22,579 nt of DNA from an uncultured Candidatus Poseidoniales archaeon. GTDB lineage: Archaea; Thermoplasmatota; Poseidoniia; Poseidoniales; Thalassarchaeaceae. Numbering within the stretch: the stretch's first letter is position 1; the number at the start of each line of letters is the position of its first letter. A program made the translations under genes and the position numbers. The stretch is from the NCBI GenBank assembly GCA_964645485.1, contig CAZXZO010000008.1, positions 36,460-59,038 on the forward strand. The letters run 5' to 3'. This document shows positions 18,297-22,579 of the stretch, piece after piece. The notes beneath the pieces are model-generated. The model did no database searches, was not told the DNA's origin, and saw only the letters and a list, made by a program, of their open reading frames with translations.

Positions 18297-19555
18297 TATT
18301 CACAACTCCCTGGTGGTGTCCACACGAATTCGATACCTTTGTGACTCGGCCCTTCCCAAGTGATACGATGACTCCCCCCTATCAATTCAATTGTACCATC
18401 TCCATCAATATCACCTGAATCAAAAGTCATAATATATCTCAAAATTTGGGTGGCTTCATGTCGAGTGAATTGTTCATTTCCATCGTTCTCTAGAATCACG
18501 ATATCAACTCGATGCCAATCAGGGAAGAAGTCTGGAATCTGTAATGTTCCAACAACTATGTCAAGATCACCATCATAATCTATGTCAACCGCATGGCCGG
18601 TAAAAGCCCCCCACACATTGGTTAATTGATGGCGAGTGAATTGCCCTGAACCATCATTCTCAAGCCAATTTACTCCATGATATGTATGTGGATCTATCTC
18701 ACCTGGTAAATCCATATCTAGAGTGTCTCCATTAGAATAAATGATGTCTGAATCTCCATCTTGGTCGAGGTCAACTACCTCTAAACCAGACATGCCGTAG
18801 AACGTTTCGTCTTCGTTAACTAGCGAATGTTTAGTGAAGTTTCCTGCCCCATTATTTCGGTAAATATTGATTTCTTCTGATACTTGGGAAAGAGAGACTG
18901 CGATATCTAAATCCCCATCCCCTTCAAGGTCAAATGGAAAGGCATGAATTACACCTGAACGCAAATCAATATTATGTCTAATCCAAGTATTGTTTTCACT
19001 TTGCTCTAACCAAAATAAACTACCCTCAAAATTTCCGAATTCACAAACTATCAAATCTAAATCACCGTCTTGGTCAAAATCACCAGATTCAGCACAGACT
19101 GTGCGGCCAATTTCTTCTATCAATATAATTGGTTCAAACTCTCCATCTGCAAGCCCTTTCAGCATCACAACTTTGCCAACTAATTCATCTGCAGGTGGGA
19201 GGATTCCTATGTCTGCAACAATAATATCCTTTAATCCATCATCATCTAAGTCAACAACGTGAGTCCTTACTGGAGCAATGAATCCTTGGTCAAACAATTG
19301 TTCAATACAACCATTTTCATCACAGATTGTTCTAGTGAATGTACCATCTAAGGGGTGGGTTGCAAAAATTTCATCCACCCCGTTACCATCTAAATCTGCT
19401 AATCTAATGTTTGCTGTTGTAACTCCCTCTGGGTCAGGCAGGTACTCAACCGTAGAAAGCCCCTCTTCGCATGGTTCTTCTGTTGGAGGTGAAACACAAC
19501 CCGAAAAACAAACACTGAAAATTATCAGTGCGATAAGAATTGGATAGAGTCGCAT
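18296..19555 (-). CDS. FG-GAP/VCBS-repeat beta-propeller lipoprotein (start reassigned from 19621 to 19555)
   Basis: Seven DxDxDG-like motifs (DLDGNG, DLDDDG, DFDQDG, DLEGDG, DLDQDG, DIDYDG, DIDGDG). The ATG at 19555 gives the signal peptide MRLYPILIALIIFSVCFSG-C with a lipobox. Confidence 0.85.
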   Translation of the reverse strand: MRLYPILIALIIFSVCFSGCVSPPTEEPCEEGLSTVEYLPDPEGVTTANIRLADLDGNGVDEIFATHPLDGTFTRTICDENGCIEQLFDQGFIAPVRTHVVDLDDDGLKDIIVADIGILPPADELVGKVVMLKGLADGEFEPIILIEEIGRTVCAESGDFDQDGDLDLIVCEFGNFEGSLFWLEQSENNTWIRHNIDLRSGVIHAFPFDLEGDGDLDIAVSLSQVSEEINIYRNNGAGNFTKHSLVNEDETFYGMSGLEVVDLDQDGDSDIIYSNGDTLDMDLPGEIDPHTYHGVNWLENDGSGQFTRHQLTNVWGAFTGHAVDIDYDGDLDIVVGTLQIPDFFPDWHRVDIVILENDGNEQFTRHEATQILRYIMTFDSGDIDGDGTIELIGGSHRITWEGPSHKGIEFVWTPPGSCE

Positions 19556-19610
19556 AGTTGTGCCAAGTTGGCAGAGATGGTCAACGTTCCGGCCTATTTG
19601 AGGAGAGAAA

Positions 19611-21110
19611 TTACTCATCACTACGCTGATGACTACCGCAAGATTCTGTTCGTGCGGTTGCTGACTCTACAGCATTTAGGGCGACTTTAACCATACCTTG
19701 GAGACGGAATACTTCAACTAATTCGGTGTTCATTACTGGGCTTTCGTCCGACAATGTGATTTGAGTTTCTACAAGTTCAGAAAGCCGTTGTGCTGCACTG
19801 CTCAATGAGGCGCCATCCCGACTAACTCCCATTGAATCTGACATGATTGAATTCAATTGGTTTGCAACTTGGCCTCTTGTCATTCCGCTCTCTGTTGTGG
19901 CTAATAATTTACCAAAGCGGGATGCTGCCGCTGACAAAGCGGAATCAATTGCATCAGAATCGGAAAATTGTGATTCGGCAGCATGGTCTGCCGCTGAAGC
20001 GCCTGCGTTGCATCCACCATCAAGGGAATCCAACAACCTGTTACCAACAGCCATATCAGCACCATGTAATCCACTGCAAGAACAATCTCCTGCAGCAAAT
20101 AATCCAGTGTGAGAAGATACTGTTCCAGAATTTTCACAAGGCACACCGCCAATAGTGGTTGAAACCTGAGGTGAAATTGGAATCACTGTCTCGCTCATTT
20201 GACCACCTAGACGAGAAGATACTCTTTCAGATGTGTCTCCATACCAAACCGGGGTACCCCGAGTTAATACACGGGCGTCCAACACACACTGTTCTCCTGA
20301 ATTTATCAGGGATTGTGAGGCTTCGGAAATACCTCCTTCGGATGAGAATTCAATATCGCTACCTGACGCAGAACGAACTGCTGCTCCATCATCAAGGATT
20401 GCAAATGGGAGTTGTAGACCATGCATTTCCATGCTAAGAGGATTCCATCCTACAAACTCAAGATTACTTAGAGAAACCCCTGCATCAGAGGCTAACCAAA
20501 GACCAGTTCCACCGCTACCTCCATTCCATGCTGATTCAAAACCGTCGGTTGCGAGGATTACTGATTTTGCCTTTAGTGCTACCATTTCACCCCGCTGCAC
20601 ATCCAAACTGATTAATCCGGTAACTGCATTTGATTCAGTTACTAGGGACAGAGATTGCATATCTCCTCTTCTAGAAATCCCTCGCTTCATGCACTGCTCT
20701 TCGAGAAGTAAGTACAATTCTCGCCCTGTGGTATCACCAGTTGTGGCAACTCTTGGTTGGCTGTGGCCTGGCCCTGAACTTAGTAGCGGTAATCCATTTT
20801 TCCCGCGGCGAAGAGTTAGCCCCCAACGCTCTAATTGGGCTAGATGGTCAAAGGCAGATGCTGTCCTGTGGCGGACTGTTGATTCATCACACTGACCTAA
20901 TCCGACAGCAATTGTATCTTTTGCGTGCCCGTCAAAATTAGTTTCATCAAGTGATACTGCGAAGCCTTCAACAGATGTTGTTGCACCGCCTGAACCTATT
21001 GCACCTTCTTCTAAAATTGTGACTGATGCTCCCGCATCATTGGCCGCAATCGCGGCCCGTAATCCGGCTACCGTGCCGCCTACAACGACTACATCCCAGG
21101 CTTCCATCAA
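19611..21110 (-). CDS. SdhA/FrdA/NadB-fold FAD-binding protein, catalytically divergent (likely start 21107)
   Basis: DVVVVGGTVAGLRAAIAA, AKSVILATDG, GLFAAGDCSCSGLHGA..GNRLLD, MGVSRDG..L, ARTESCGSHQR. Canonical active-site His/Arg residues not found (see findings). Confidence 0.85.
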   Translation of the reverse strand: MMEAWDVVVVGGTVAGLRAAIAANDAGASVTILEEGAIGSGGATTSVEGFAVSLDETNFDGHAKDTIAVGLGQCDESTVRHRTASAFDHLAQLERWGLTLRRGKNGLPLLSSGPGHSQPRVATTGDTTGRELYLLLEEQCMKRGISRRGDMQSLSLVTESNAVTGLISLDVQRGEMVALKAKSVILATDGFESAWNGGSGGTGLWLASDAGVSLSNLEFVGWNPLSMEMHGLQLPFAILDDGAAVRSASGSDIEFSSEGGISEASQSLINSGEQCVLDARVLTRGTPVWYGDTSERVSSRLGGQMSETVIPISPQVSTTIGGVPCENSGTVSSHTGLFAAGDCSCSGLHGADMAVGNRLLDSLDGGCNAGASAADHAAESQFSDSDAIDSALSAAASRFGKLLATTESGMTRGQVANQLNSIMSDSMGVSRDGASLSSAAQRLSELVETQITLSDESPVMNTELVEVFRLQGMVKVALNAVESATARTESCGSHQRSDE

Positions 21111-21131
21111 GGTCTCCCACTAGCAGCCGCA

Positions 21132-21139
21132 TCATAAAG
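21132..21139 (-). promoter_or_regulatory. Candidate TATA box for the SdhA-like gene
   Basis: CTTTATGA on the minus strand, about 25 nt above the ATG at 21107. Confidence 0.45.
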
Positions 21140-21149
21140 CCCGCGCCAA

Positions 21150-21166
21150 ACGTCTCTACGAGACGT
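21150..21166. other. Perfect hairpin ACGTCTC-(GTA on minus)-GAGACGT between the tRNA 3' end and the SdhA-like promoter
   Basis: 7-bp perfect inverted repeat with a 3-nt loop. Confidence 0.5.
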
Positions 21167-21191
21167 ATTGAGATTAAGTATCAATTTTGTA

Positions 21192-21265
21192 CGAGCGCGG
21201 CAGGATTTGAACCCGCGATCTGCGGCTTAGGAAGCCGCCGCCTTATCCAGCTGGGCCACGCGCCC
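21192..21265 (-). tRNA. tRNA-Arg(CCT), intronless, CCA not encoded
   Basis: GGGCGCG acceptor paired with CGCGCTC plus discriminator G; D-loop GGATA (A20 Arg identity element); anticodon arm GCGGC-TTCCTAA-GCCGC; T arm GCGGG-TTCAAAT-CCTGC. Confidence 0.97.
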
Positions 21266-21305
21266 AGCCAGTCGACCAGCCCGCCTTAGATGACGGTTGT
21301 GGCAA

Positions 21306-22451
21306 TTAAGCCATCACCATACCATGCCGTAAGCCTGCTTCAGATACTTGATGTAGGAACCTTTCAAACTGAATCCTAGGGTATGAACTACGACCAAGGC
21401 GGGCATCACATTCTGCAAGATAGTTGAGAAGTTCTCCTTGTAATTCTGGTGGTAACATTAGACGCCCAGAAGTAATTACCCTGTGTAATTGTGATACAAC
21501 ATCATCCTTGTCCAAAGATAACTCCCCCATTAGGCGGTCAAGTTCTGCCATAGCACCAGATAATACCTTCTTTTTACGCCCGTATTCTGTCATCCAACGC
21601 CACTCAATAATGCGGCCACGCAAAGCCATTTCCACCATTAATCTCCCACCTTGAAGAGTTGATGCTGCTACCAACTTGTGAACCGATGCACGGTCGTTAA
21701 TTTGACCAGTACGAGTCAGTAATTCTAGTGTGAACAACGCCTTTCTGAGATTACCTCCACTAACATGAATTATGTCACCAAGAATCCCTGGCGCGGGCTC
21801 TACCCTTTCCTTTGCTGATGTTTCTTTTAGAATTGATTCGATACGTTGGGGTTCAACTGATGCAATTCGAACATGTTTACTACGACTTCTAAGAGCATCC
21901 ATAATCCTACTCGGTGCTCTAGCGGTGAAAATAAATCGAGATGTTGTAGATTCTGATTCCATCATTCTGCGCAGATATGGTTGTCGTTTCGGCCCGAGGT
22001 GGTCAGCATCTTCTATTATGATTAAACGACTAACTGGAGTAACCCCTTTTTCAGGCGGCGCTAATTCCATTCCTGCAGGTGGTGGGTCATCAATTTCTGA
22101 TGTTTCCCACATTGACCTATCAAACGCCTCCAAACTTGTTCTACCTGCTAATGTGTCACTTGATTTTCTACCAGATGGCCGGAGAAAATCCTCAAATTTT
22201 TGCATTGCTCCTGTTGTTCCGACTAAATCTCTTGCTTGCAACACATGAGCCGTGGATTTCCAACCCGGCCCCAAAACTTGTCGCGCTACTAATCTCCAAG
22301 CCGCGGTTTTGCCAACCCCTGCTGGACCTGTGATCAACATATGTGGGGGGCTTCCTGAAAGACTAACTGTAGTAAGTGCACGACAAACATCTTTGGAAAC
22401 AGCCAATTCATCGAACCGGCGAGGAGCGTGCTTCTCTAACCAACTCGGCAT
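21306..22451 (-). CDS. rfcS: Replication factor C small subunit-like AAA+ protein (divergent paralogue)
   Basis: SWLEKHAP (cf. PWVEKYRP), Walker A GPAGVGKT, Walker B-like IIIEDAD, QPYLRRMME, ALRSRS (cf. SRC), GGNLRKAL. Confidence 0.85.
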   Translation of the reverse strand: MPSWLEKHAPRRFDELAVSKDVCRALTTVSLSGSPPHMLITGPAGVGKTAAWRLVARQVLGPGWKSTAHVLQARDLVGTTGAMQKFEDFLRPSGRKSSDTLAGRTSLEAFDRSMWETSEIDDPPPAGMELAPPEKGVTPVSRLIIIEDADHLGPKRQPYLRRMMESESTTSRFIFTARAPSRIMDALRSRSKHVRIASVEPQRIESILKETSAKERVEPAPGILGDIIHVSGGNLRKALFTLELLTRTGQINDRASVHKLVAASTLQGGRLMVEMALRGRIIEWRWMTEYGRKKKVLSGAMAELDRLMGELSLDKDDVVSQLHRVITSGRLMLPPELQGELLNYLAECDARLGRSSYPRIQFERFLHQVSEAGLRHGMVMA

Positions 22452-22522
22452 AGGACTAACCCAAGTGTTAGGCCCACAGTCTTTGAACTCAGCGATGGCA
22501 AAGGCAAGTTTGACTTAATTCA

Positions 22523-22579
22523 TTAATCAATTATTGCTTCAACTTCAATTTCTAGCAACATCTCTGGATTGACTAATTC
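22523..22579 (-). CDS. C-terminal fragment of a probable RidA/YjgF-family protein (runs off the window)
   Basis: Minus frame reads ELVNPEMLLEIEVEAIID*, matching the RidA terminal L-x-E-I-E strand; only 18 residues are visible. Confidence 0.6.
   Translation of the reverse strand, partial: ELVNPEMLLEIEVEAIID

Noticed and set aside
19556-19621. N-terminal extension of the FG-GAP ORF in the track
   Set aside because: Overlaps the upstream gene and buries the signal peptide; the ATG at 19555 fits better.
19611-21110. Calling this gene sdhA or nadB, or a pseudogene
   Set aside because: Catalytic residues were not found, so no symbol is given; the frame is uninterrupted with the scaffold conserved, so it is not a pseudogene.
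21192-21265. tRNA as the attachment site of an integrated element
   Set aside because: I found no second copy of the tRNA 3' end, no integrase, and housekeeping-type genes on both sides.
22040-22180. Mini-intein in the RFC-like protein
   Set aside because: No N-terminal Cys/Ser block A, no terminal His-Asn followed by C/S/T, too short, and not at the usual post-Walker A site.
1348-22518. Numerous short ORFs in the track (e.g. 3920-4177, 4565-4906, 5422-5727, 6614-7027, 7292-7672, 15315-15650, 20233-20895, 21772-22248)
   Set aside because: They lie antisense to or out of frame within well-supported genes, have no recognisable motifs, and look like shadow ORFs.

Overview
Archaeal core-genome segment (TFB, TopoVI B/A, archaeal RFC-small-like, DUF2299-like, archaeal TATA/SD signals). 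Gene content and style suggest Thermoplasmatota, probably Marine Group II (Poseidoniales); this is an inference. Order: partial tfb (-), a LeuD+LeuC aconitase-family fusion, top6B-top6A, an ArsR-type regulator, a Gfo/Idh/MocA oxidoreductase and two small membrane proteins. These are followed by a long minus-strand run: a ~1,690-aa surface protein, DUF2299-like, a PlsC-like acyltransferase, a HIT protein, an FG-GAP lipoprotein, an SdhA/NadB-fold flavoprotein, tRNA-Arg(CCT), a divergent RFC small subunit and the end of a RidA-like gene. I saw no CRISPR array, transposase, integrase or att site. The best candidate for something undescribed is the giant surface protein: a 7-repeat beta-propeller with a MIDAS-bearing vWA domain inserted inside repeat 4, followed by an Ig-like stalk, one TM helix and a short tail, which parallels integrin architecture. 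Next are an SdhA-fold flavoprotein lacking the recognisable dicarboxylate catalytic residues and a Top6B acidic tail ending in a PIP-like QVKLF. All domain calls are by-eye motif recognition; no searches were run.
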